IMG/VR virus record: IMGVR_UViG_3300009163_000026
Span: 22,856-86,855 of that record
Strand: one strand, 5' to 3'
Source of the DNA: a virus
Length of the DNA stretch: 64,000 nt
The translations under genes and the position numbers were made by a program. The notes beneath the pieces are model-generated. The model made no database searches. It saw nothing but the letters and a program-made list of their open reading frames with translations, and had not been told where the DNA came from. Shown one piece after another: positions 43,736-53,000 of this stretch (its first letter is position 1; each line of letters opens with the position of its first letter).

Positions 43736-44435
43736 CGGTATACCAAATGTCGAATTTTTTACGATATTTTTTAATAATTTCTAAGATCTTTTCAGCTGTT
43801 GCATCTTTTGTACTAGTAATGTTAACTAGATTATAGATAGTATCTATCAGCTTTTGTGAGTCAGAAGGGTGCGACTTACGTTGTTCTTTATACCTCTCCT
43901 CTCGCTCAACACGTTCAATGAATCGCTCTTTAACAAGAGTATCAACCTCTTCTTCCGTGTGCTTAACTGGGAGAGTATGACTAATAAGAATAACATCACC
44001 TTGTACCTTACCGTTAACTAATTGCACCTGATAATCAATCCACCCATACTGATAACGCAGGTAATTATATTTTCTATGAGATAATTCATTACTATAATCC
44101 TGATGATGATATGATTCGTGGAAATTAATTTCACCTGTAAAATCTACCTTCTCCCAACTACGAGACGTTTCAATATAGTTACCCAATTTATTCCATAAAG
44201 ATAGGGTAGACTTTAATTCTTCAGGTTCAGGATACTCCCAATATCCCTCAATCTTCTCAAAGAGCAGCTGTCCAGTAGAATCAACATTATACAGAGACAT
44301 TGCTTGATTAGGAGTATCTTTAGTTTGAAAGATAACATCACTAGAAAGATTGTCTCCTAGTTTATAGCGATTAAGTATCGCTTGCGGTAACTCCGGAAGC
44401 GGTAACTCTATTTTAAAGTGATCAAACATTCCCAA
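43725..44435 (-). CDS. Conserved phage protein (GMFD..QTKD motif)
   Basis: MGMFD, FQTKD, FTGEINF, WIDY..NGKV. Confidence 0.7.
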   Translation of the reverse strand: MGMFDHFKIELPLPELPQAILNRYKLGDNLSSDVIFQTKDTPNQAMSLYNVDSTGQLLFEKIEGYWEYPEPEELKSTLSLWNKLGNYIETSRSWEKVDFTGEINFHESYHHQDYSNELSHRKYNYLRYQYGWIDYQVQLVNGKVQGDVILISHTLPVKHTEEEVDTLVKERFIERVEREERYKEQRKSHPSDSQKLIDTIYNLVNITSTKDATAEKILEIIKKYRKKFDIWYTDEN

Positions 44436-44472
44436 AATTATTGTTTCTTTCTATTATTTTATTTGTTGTAAA

Positions 44473-44538
44473 TGGTGGACGCTGGGGAATCGAACCCCGT
44501 CCGCGACTTTCTTGTCACGTCGAATCCATGTAACGCCC
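44473..44538 (-). ncRNA. 66-nt tmRNA tRNA-like-domain-only RNA (mini-tmRNA)
   Basis: GGGCGTT-ACATGGATTCGA-CGTGAC-AAGAAA-GTCGCG-GAC-GGGG-TTCGATT-CCCC-AGCGTCC-ACCA; G3.U70, A73, stemless D loop with GGATTCGAC. Confidence 0.85.
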
Positions 44539-44578
44539 GTTAAAATTATTGTAATTTAATCTTTATTATTTGCAAGAT

Positions 44579-44824
44579 TTAAACGCTAATACTTTTACTA
44601 AAGTTCTTAACGCAACTCCTAGCACCATTAGGAATAAAATATTTTTTATTTCTATTCCAACTATCAGCGCTATGAATCTCAATTTCTGCACCGGTCTTAT
44701 GACCGTAGACTTGACGTCCCTTCGGTCGCGGCACATCAGGTCCAGTAAAAGCGCAACTCCTACAACACTTAAGACCGAGTTCGCGTCGACCTTCCTCAAC
44801 TAAGTTTCCACATCCACAATTCAT
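44579..44824 (-). CDS. DksA/TraR-like C4 zinc-finger protein
   Basis: CGCG..V.E.R.ELGL.CC.SC; GGAAC promoter 44831-44846. Confidence 0.65.
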   Translation of the reverse strand: MNCGCGNLVEEGRRELGLKCCRSCAFTGPDVPRPKGRQVYGHKTGAEIEIHSADSWNRNKKYFIPNGARSCVKNFSKSISV

Positions 44825-44852
44825 AACCTAATTATAATGGAGTTCCTTTGAG

Positions 44853-45035
44853 TTATAACTTACTGCTTTCTGCATACCACGCCATAATTTCATAATGAAA
44901 CTCTTTTTCTGTTAAGCGGTCTGTTGTGCTTATGAGAGCTACCGGTTCAACACCAGCACCTTCTTCATAAATTAAAATCCGACTTGTTTCACTCTCATAC
45001 TCAAACCGATATTTGCTAATACTACTACGGTACAT
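44853..45035 (-). CDS. Hypothetical protein
   Basis: ORF track. Confidence 0.55.
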   Translation of the reverse strand: MYRSSISKYRFEYESETSRILIYEEGAGVEPVALISTTDRLTEKEFHYEIMAWYAESSKL

Positions 45036-45049
45036 TTTTTTATTTTTTA

Positions 45050-45268
45050 TTATTCATTTGATGTCTCTAAGAATCTAATTAACTCTCTCGCAATTAAGAG
45101 TTTATCTACTATATTTACGTCATTCATTAAATTTCCCACTTTATTATCAATAATACTATAAATTCTCATATCTGAAGCCATAATAGATTTATCCTTTTTA
45201 ATGATGTACTCTAAATCTACTAATGTTCCTTCTGAATCATCAACGCTTATACCTCTCAAGATATTCAT
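45050..45268 (-). CDS. Hypothetical protein
   Basis: ORF track. Confidence 0.55.
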   Translation of the reverse strand: MNILRGISVDDSEGTLVDLEYIIKKDKSIMASDMRIYSIIDNKVGNLMNDVNIVDKLLIARELIRFLETSNE

Positions 45269-45328
45269 TTTAATTAAGTATCAATATACTAAGCTCTAAC
45301 GGTGTTAAGTCCACCATAATTTGTAGCT

Positions 45329-45553
45329 TTATTTTTTATTGCCGTAATACTCTTCAACATATAAGATAATATCACTCGACGTCATTATCGAATTATCGTG
45401 TATTGTTTCAACTAAAGCATCTGCAAAATCATTACCCATTTGTGAAAGATCATCATTCTCTGTATCATCTAATAAATCACGTAATTCATAAATCGAGTTA
45501 GTTATTTTATCGATTTTTTCATTAATTTTGCGTATGAGAGTGCCTTTATTCAT
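45329..45553 (-). CDS. Hypothetical protein
   Basis: ORF track. Confidence 0.55.
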   Translation of the reverse strand: MNKGTLIRKINEKIDKITNSIYELRDLLDDTENDDLSQMGNDFADALVETIHDNSIMTSSDIILYVEEYYGNKK

Positions 45554-45580
45554 AATCTATAATATAATTAGTCAGATGCG

Positions 45581-46264
45581 TTAGCTTTTTTTAAAGTGAT
45601 TTAAAATATTTAGTATATCTGTCTTTAAATAGTTTGAATAGTATGGTACCCATTCATCCTCTTTCAAGTAAAATGTTACTAATTTTTTACACTTCTTACC
45701 TGTTGCTTGCTCGTACATATATGCATATAGTGATAGTTGTAAACTATAAGTATTAAATTCACACATAGATAGGTGAGCGATAGGTTGAAGAAAGTATTCT
45801 TTAAAGTCATTCGCAAACCTAAACCGCTTATTTGTCTTAAAATCAGCTATTATAAAGTCATGCTCACTCTCGTATATTATATCTGCTGTACCGGCTAATT
45901 CATATTCATGAAGAGACATACGCGTTTCAGACAACACAACATCAAACTTACCTATTTCTTTTGAAATGAGTCGATCGTAGCTACGATAAAGATAATTATA
46001 ATCCTCTTTTACTGTACCCATTTTAATATAATTTTCCATCAACGCGTGTATATTGGTCCCGCGATCTGTCGCACGCTTTGTTTCTGCGGCCCAGGTTTCG
46101 AGAATAAATTCAGGCGTAACACCTTCTCGTGCTGAGACTCTTAAAGCATGATCCTTAGAGTTAAAGTAAGTTTTATATTTATTTAAAAGAGTAGTAGCTG
46201 ATATGTAGTTTCGGCCTGTTTCAGGATTTTTGTACGTGTGACTCTCTTCATCAAAAATAATCAT
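45581..46264 (-). CDS. PD-(D/E)XK Cas4-like exonuclease; start re-called at MIIFDEESHTY
   Basis: SATTLL, RGTNIH..E, AGTADI, IADFKT, YSLQLSLY. Confidence 0.85.
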   Translation of the reverse strand: MIIFDEESHTYKNPETGRNYISATTLLNKYKTYFNSKDHALRVSAREGVTPEFILETWAAETKRATDRGTNIHALMENYIKMGTVKEDYNYLYRSYDRLISKEIGKFDVVLSETRMSLHEYELAGTADIIYESEHDFIIADFKTNKRFRFANDFKEYFLQPIAHLSMCEFNTYSLQLSLYAYMYEQATGKKCKKLVTFYLKEDEWVPYYSNYLKTDILNILNHFKKS

Positions 46265-46313
46265 ATAATAAAGTTTAGTGTAAAAAGCGGATAATGCAAT
46301 AAATATTATCACT

Positions 46314-49262
46314 ATGGGTATTAAGATTTCAGACCTGCCAAAGGTTACATCAACTATAACGGGTGAAGAGTCTTTTATAGTTGTGCAGAATAATATAACT
46401 AAGCAGACGAGCTTAAATTTTGCACTTTCTAGTGACAGAAAAAGAACAGGGGATCTATACACTTTAATTACAGCTAATAGCGCAGGGTGGGCTACCGCAA
46501 GTCAAAATATTAACAACTTTGCTACGCTTACGAGCTTTACCGTGGGACCGGCTCAAAGTGCTACAGCAATATATACAACGGTTATAGGTCTTTGCTCCAT
46601 CGCTTCAGCTAGAGGTTCTATAGCATTAGGGGAAAATGTAAAAGCATTAGGTTCAAATAGTTTTGTACAGGGAACATGTAATACGGCTTGTGGCTCTAGA
46701 TCTAACGTATTAGGTGGTATTAATAATAGAGCTGTTGGTAATTGTTCTAGTGTAGTAGGTGGTCTTAGTAATCAGACTTGTGGGTTTATTTCCAATATAG
46801 GTGGTGGATTTAATAATATAGCTTTTGGTTCTTACGCTGCTGTAGCTGGCGGCTATAGTAATAATGCTTGTGGTAATAATTCCGTTGTAGCTGGTGGTAG
46901 TAATAATAAGGCTTGTAGTAAATGTTCTAATATAGCAGGGGGAGCTAATAATATTGCTTACGATACATCGTGTCTCCCCGGGGGAGATGATGATCAAGGA
47001 CTTAATGGTGCAAATACTATTGGAGGTGGTCTATTCAATGTCGCGGGTAATAGCTCTAGTTCAGGGTATGGATTTAATGTTGTAGCTGGTGGATGTCGTA
47101 ATATGGCAGTTGATGAATTCTCTAATGTGTCAGGTGGTCAGTATAATAGGGCTTTAAGTGCTTATTCTAATGTAGCTGGTGGGCGTTGTAATACGGCTTG
47201 TAATTGCTTTTCTACTGTAGCTGGCGGGAGTTTAAATATAGCTTCTGGTGCTAATTCTACCGTAGGTGGTGGAGCTCGTAATATAGCTTCTGGTGTTGTT
47301 TCTACTGTAGCTGGTGGTATTTATAATACAGCGTCTGCCCTTAATTCTAATGTGGCAGGCGGTAGTGATAATACAGCTTGTGGTTGTTATTCTAATGTAG
47401 CTGGTGGGCGTTGTAATACAGCTTCTGGCTATTATTCTAATGTAGCTGGTGGGCGTTGTAATACAGCTAGTTGTTATTGTACTAATGTAGCTGGTGGCTA
47501 TTGTAATACAGCTTCTGGTACTTATTCTAATGTAGCTGGTGGGCGTTGTAATACAGCTTCTTATTATGATTCTGCAGTAGGTGGAGGATTTAGTAATACA
47601 GCTAGTAGTTCTTTTTCTAATGTAGCTGGTGGTGGTAATAATACAGCTTCTGGTGTTGGTTCTAATGTAGCTGGGGGGCTAAATAATATTGCCTCATTTG
47701 GTGTTTCTAATGTAGCTGGTGGGTGTTGTAATAAGGCTTGTGGTGCTATTTCTAATGTAGCCGGTGGAGGTGATAATATAGCTTCAGGTTGTTATTCTAA
47801 TGTAGCCGGTGGTTTAAGTGGTAAAGCTTCTGGTTATGCTTCTAATGTAGCTGGTGGGTGTTGTAATACAGCTTGTGGTTTTTTCTCTAATGTAGCTGGT
47901 GGGTATCGTAATACAGCTCTTGGTAATTATTCTAATGTAGCTGGTGGGCGTTGTAATACATCTTCTGGTTATGTTTCTAATGTGGCTGGTGGGCAGTGTA
48001 ATACAGCTTCTGGTTGTTATACTAATGTAGCTGGTGGTGTGAGTAATAGAGCTTTGGTTTGTTTTTCTAACGTAGGTGGCGGGTATTGTAATGCAGCTTG
48101 TGAATGTTACTCTACTGTAGGTGGTGGGCGTTGTAATACATCTTCTGGTTATGTTTCTAATGTGGCTGGTGGTATTTGTAATGCAGCAAATGGTGTTAGT
48201 TCTAATGTAGCTGGTGGGAGGTGTAATACAGCTTCTAATTATTACTCTAATGTAGCTGGTGGGTGTTGTAATACAGCTTCTGGTACTTATTCTACTGTAG
48301 CTGGTGGGCGTTGTAATACAGCTTCTAATTATTACTCTAGTGTAGCTGGTGGGTATTGTAATACAGCTTCTGGTTGTTACTCTAATGTAGCCGGTGGGGT
48401 TAATAATACAGTTTCTGGTTTTTACTCTAATGTAGCTGGTGGAGCTTTAAATGCAGTTTCTGGTAGTTGTTCTAATGTAGGTGGTGGGTTTTGTAATACA
48501 GTTAGCAGCCTTTATGCTAATATAGCTGGTGGGAAGGGTAATTTAGCTTCTAATTATTCTGCTACTGTAGCTGGTGGTACTAGTAATACAGCTTCTGGTG
48601 TTTATTCTACTGTAGCAGGGGGACGGAACAATACAGCTTCTGGTTATGTTTCTAATGTAGCTGGTGGGTGTTATAATACAGCTTTAAGCGCTTATTCTAA
48701 TGTAGCTGGTGGGTGTTTTAATATAGCTTCTGGTTGTTATTCTAGTGTACTAGGTGGTCTTAGTAGTAGAGCTTCTGGTCCTTATTCTACTATAGCAGGA
48801 GGACAGTATAATACAGCTTCTGGTTGTTGGTCTACTATAGCAGGCGGCTTTCTTAATACAGCTTCTGGTACTTATTCTAATGTAGCAGTCGGCTATGGTA
48901 ATACAGCTTCTGGTACTTATTCTACTATAGCTGGTGGGCGTCTTAATACAGCTTCCAATTATCTAGCTATAGTAGGCGGTGGGGTTCGTAATACAGCTTC
49001 TGGATTTTACTCTAGTGTAATCAATGGTTTTAGTGGTAGAGTGTTTGCATGTCACTCTACTATACTTAATGGTTGCTGTAATACAATAAGAACTGCGGCT
49101 AGTGCTTCATCTATTCTAGCTGGTACAAGTGTTACTGCTATATCTGCAAATACGGCATACGCAACTTGCTTGGTGTTAAGCAACCTACCTAGTTCAAGCA
49201 CTGGTCTCGGTGCAGGTACTATATGGAAATGTACTGCAACAAATGCTTTGTATATTGTATAA
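46314..49262 (+). CDS. Tail fibre/adhesin with roughly 55 Cys-rich 14-aa repeats (SNVAGGxCNTASGx), YadA-head-like
   Basis: 42-bp periodic DNA; KISDLP N-terminal anchor; LPSS..GL..GTIW C-terminus. Confidence 0.85.
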   Translation: MGIKISDLPKVTSTITGEESFIVVQNNITKQTSLNFALSSDRKRTGDLYTLITANSAGWATASQNINNFATLTSFTVGPAQSATAIYTTVIGLCSIASARGSIALGENVKALGSNSFVQGTCNTACGSRSNVLGGINNRAVGNCSSVVGGLSNQTCGFISNIGGGFNNIAFGSYAAVAGGYSNNACGNNSVVAGGSNNKACSKCSNIAGGANNIAYDTSCLPGGDDDQGLNGANTIGGGLFNVAGNSSSSGYGFNVVAGGCRNMAVDEFSNVSGGQYNRALSAYSNVAGGRCNTACNCFSTVAGGSLNIASGANSTVGGGARNIASGVVSTVAGGIYNTASALNSNVAGGSDNTACGCYSNVAGGRCNTASGYYSNVAGGRCNTASCYCTNVAGGYCNTASGTYSNVAGGRCNTASYYDSAVGGGFSNTASSSFSNVAGGGNNTASGVGSNVAGGLNNIASFGVSNVAGGCCNKACGAISNVAGGGDNIASGCYSNVAGGLSGKASGYASNVAGGCCNTACGFFSNVAGGYRNTALGNYSNVAGGRCNTSSGYVSNVAGGQCNTASGCYTNVAGGVSNRALVCFSNVGGGYCNAACECYSTVGGGRCNTSSGYVSNVAGGICNAANGVSSNVAGGRCNTASNYYSNVAGGCCNTASGTYSTVAGGRCNTASNYYSSVAGGYCNTASGCYSNVAGGVNNTVSGFYSNVAGGALNAVSGSCSNVGGGFCNTVSSLYANIAGGKGNLASNYSATVAGGTSNTASGVYSTVAGGRNNTASGYVSNVAGGCYNTALSAYSNVAGGCFNIASGCYSSVLGGLSSRASGPYSTIAGGQYNTASGCWSTIAGGFLNTASGTYSNVAVGYGNTASGTYSTIAGGRLNTASNYLAIVGGGVRNTASGFYSSVINGFSGRVFACHSTILNGCCNTIRTAASASSILAGTSVTAISANTAYATCLVLSNLPSSSTGLGAGTIWKCTATNALYIV

Positions 49263-49396
49263 ATCTAGCTGCGAGTAACTAAATAAGAATATGAGCTCTG
49301 ACATTACACACATACTACTACATGATAATATGCAATCTAAAAGCATAATGCCCCTTACTGTAACGCCTTTTAATACTATTTAAGTTTTAATTTTAT

Positions 49397-50074
49397 ATGT
49401 CAAAAATTCTCATTAACGACCTTGTCATCGCTACCAATATTACTGGTGGTGAGTTTCTTGTTTTAGATAATGTAACAAGTACAAAAAGAACTACGATCAA
49501 CTCACTTAGTTCAATATATGCGCTAAAAGGCAGTACCCAATCGACTACCACGACTACGTCTGATCCCCGTATTGCTCCGCTTGAAACTACTGTACGGTCA
49601 TTAACCGGCTCTGTAGTAAACTTAACAACATCCGCACAGAACTCAGTATACGATGTAGCATATCTTAATAATCAATTTATTAGCTTATCGAGCAGCTTCA
49701 AACAACTTACAACTAATGTTACAGCTGAAACTAACAAGATAGCAATACTATCGAGTCTAAATACATACTTGCCTATTGTTAGCGCTGTAAATAATAGCAA
49801 TTTTACTATAGCTCTTTCATCAATGGGCAACATGATAACATATACCGGTATGCAAAATATTACAGCTTTTATAACAAATAATATTAATGTTAACGGATTT
49901 GTATCTACTGTAGCTCAACTGAGCACTGGTACAATCACAATCGCTCTCAGCTCTACATATTCTGCTACCCGTATTGCTTATAATAATAGCTTTACTACTG
50001 CTGGAGTCGGCGCTGTCGCATCACTTATGAGAGTTAGCAATAATCAATTTCTTATTACAGGTCTGCTGCAATGA
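49397..50074 (+). CDS. Short fibre/virion structural protein
   Basis: N-terminal anchor like 46314; coiled coil; AQLSTGTITI..ASL..NQFLITGLL C-terminal domain. Confidence 0.7.
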   Translation: MSKILINDLVIATNITGGEFLVLDNVTSTKRTTINSLSSIYALKGSTQSTTTTTSDPRIAPLETTVRSLTGSVVNLTTSAQNSVYDVAYLNNQFISLSSSFKQLTTNVTAETNKIAILSSLNTYLPIVSAVNNSNFTIALSSMGNMITYTGMQNITAFITNNINVNGFVSTVAQLSTGTITIALSSTYSATRIAYNNSFTTAGVGAVASLMRVSNNQFLITGLLQ

Positions 50075-53000
50075 TTTTTAATTTTTTATTAGCCTCGGTA
50101 TTTGATCTGCAAGGACCAATCACGAAGCAAGCAAGCTCTGCAGATACTATCTACATATCAACTACAGGGCGTGATAATTATTATGGATTTACTCCATCAC
50201 GTCCCGTTAAAACCTTACAGGTTGCAATAGAGCGGCTCCGCACTACACAAGCATACGGTCCAAAAAACCGCTTCCTCGTCTTTGAAGGTGGTGAATATAA
50301 TATTAAAGAGTTGAACCCAACCGGAGCTATTTTTACATATGATGTTAATACTATTAATGATAATACATTGACCATACGGCCATATAACTCAACACCGGTT
50401 GTAATTGTGGGTAATAGATATAATGACAAGAATATTACAGCACTTTCAAACGGGTTATGGAAAATAGCAATTACAAAGAGCTTAAGTGAGCAATTTTACG
50501 ATTTTTATTTAAATGATCAAAGAATGTTTCCTGCGCGATTTCCGAAGCGTGGTACATATTCTCACGGTGAGTATAATACCGTTACACGGTCAAACGGTGA
50601 ACTTGTATTTCAAATAAAAGATACAACTAAGTTTATAACAGCTTTATCTAATGTTATTATTCCACGTAGTGTTAATAATGCGTCTATTGTTACAAGTGTT
50701 GATAATTATCTAGATATAGGTCCTACAGATAAGAATTACATTAAAGATATACGAGCTATTAGTACAAATATGTACTCTATTACGAGTAGCGTGATAGTAG
50801 ACGGTCTCTCGATATTGGGATATAATCCTTTATTTGTCAATACAAACTTAAAAGATCAAGCAGCAAGCTTATGCACGGTAGAGGGTGAGTTTGTTGTAAG
50901 TAAGGAGTTTAATGACTTGTTTATATATGTTAAGCCTTATAGCAATCTAACTATTAGCTCAACAACCTTCAATACTTTTGAAGGCCCAAGCTCTAAGTAT
51001 GGTGAACGCTTTGTAGATCACTCGTTTGATAGTATTAACGGTAATTTTCTGTACGCAGATAAAACAACTTTAAGTGGTAATGGGTTGGATTTTAATTCGG
51101 TTAGTAACGTCGTTGTAAAGGACCTCAACTTTAAGCATCTTAATAAAGCGATATCTAATTTTAACTACTGCCGTAACTTTACTATTAGTGGATGTGATAT
51201 ACGTCATTGTAGTAACGGCGTTCATAGCATAGATGCTACATCGCTTCAAGTATATAAAAACCTCGTATTTGATATAGATGGTAGCGGTATATTAATTCAG
51301 TCCTCTTTATCTGCGAAAGTAGCGAACAACATTATCAAGTATGTAGGTATGGTACGAACCTCGCAAGGTCGCTCCATCGATGTTAAAGCAATTAACGGTG
51401 CAATTTGGTCAAATTCAAGTAATGAAGCTGCGTTAACGGTATTAAGCGCTACTAACAATACCTTCACTATTAGTGTATCATCTATTACGAATAAAGGTTA
51501 TCCCAACAATTCCTATAGTAATGGTAATTTAAGATATCGTTTCCATCATCAGAATAACGGATATATAGAAATTCTGACTGGTGCATTAGCTGGTCAGAAG
51601 AGAATAGTTAACAATTATTATGTGTTAAGTAGTACCTTAGCTAACTTTAATACTGCCGATGAAACTGGGCTATCTAGCTACGGATTTGTTACATATGGTA
51701 TTGTTGATCCCTGGACGCCAGTAGGTGGTACATTAGTACCAGCAAAAGGAACTACACTTAAGTATGTTGGAGGTGGATCAAACCGCAATCAAAATTTTGT
51801 ATTGGAACATAATTTTCTTGAGTATGCTAGTACACAATGCATATCTATACGTGAGAGTATGTTTGCTACTATATCTGGTAATTATATATCGAGCGCTTCA
51901 TATGGTAGTACAGGTGGCACTGCTTTATATATTAGCGCAGAAGATATTAAGGTTAGTGATAATCAAATACAAAAGAGCCGTAAGGGACAAGGACAGAGTC
52001 AAGGTTTTGCAGTGTATGTAAGTTCATCAGCGCAGAGGGTACAAATAAAGAATAATATTATATCGCGTTCTGATGGAGGCTTATCTCTAGTTTCTCCGAA
52101 TCAAATAACAGTCACAAACAATATTATTGAGCGTTCGTATGATAGCTTGATACCTTTGGCAGCGCTTGCAAGTCCTCAGAGTACATATGCAGGAGCTAGC
52201 TCGACATATATGCTTAATTGCTCTAGTAATATTTTAATTACTTCACCTAGTATAGATTTTACATTTAAAAAGCAAGATTATTTTGTAACTCCGGCTGCAA
52301 ATAATTTAAGTGGAGGTCTTCAAGCATATAGCCCTGCAATGAGAGTAGTTAACTTTCGTTTATCCGCATCAGATACCGACTACTATAGCTTCTCATTATT
52401 TCCTACTGCTATAGATGAGAAGGAACGGTTTAGCCTTATAACTAATAACGAAAAATTTTATAGATGTGGGGTTATAAATAACAGACCTGTATACCTAATA
52501 GCTTCTACTACATTAGGATTTTATGTAAAGAATAACAACTGGGTGCTTGGCACACTTTATACCTCTACTATATATCTATCATCAAACTGCGGTATCATTG
52601 GATTCAACTACCCATGGAGTTTATCAGCGACACGAAATTATTTTAGACCTGAATCTGGTAGCGCTAACAAACTTGACTTTTATTTTGAATATTACTCAAA
52701 TAAGCGAGCAGTACCACTTGTATATACGCATAATAATTGTCTCTATACTGATATAGTAGATTATAAAACAACAAAATACCCACTACTCTCAAATAATTTC
52801 CACGCGTGGGCTGGTCAAGTCGCTCCTGATCGTAACGGTGTATATACAGGATTTCAAAGTCTAAGTGTAACGGAGGTTACTGTACCATCATTCCAAGAAA
52901 CTCGAACTTTCTGGAATAGTTCAAACATGTTCACCATGTCATCTGGATTTGACGGCCTTGTTGATTGGGAAGAGAGCTCAATATTCGCCAATCCAAAATT

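Noticed and set aside
44473-44538. Ordinary tRNA-Ala or an attP remnant of host ssrA
   Set aside because: There is no D stem or 7-nt anticodon loop. Both tmRNA ends are present and pair with each other, whereas att remnants usually carry one end, and no integrase is nearby.
46700-49000. CRISPR-like periodicity
   Set aside because: The 42-bp period is in frame within a 982-aa ORF with no unique spacers. The Cas4-like gene is a stand-alone phage nuclease.
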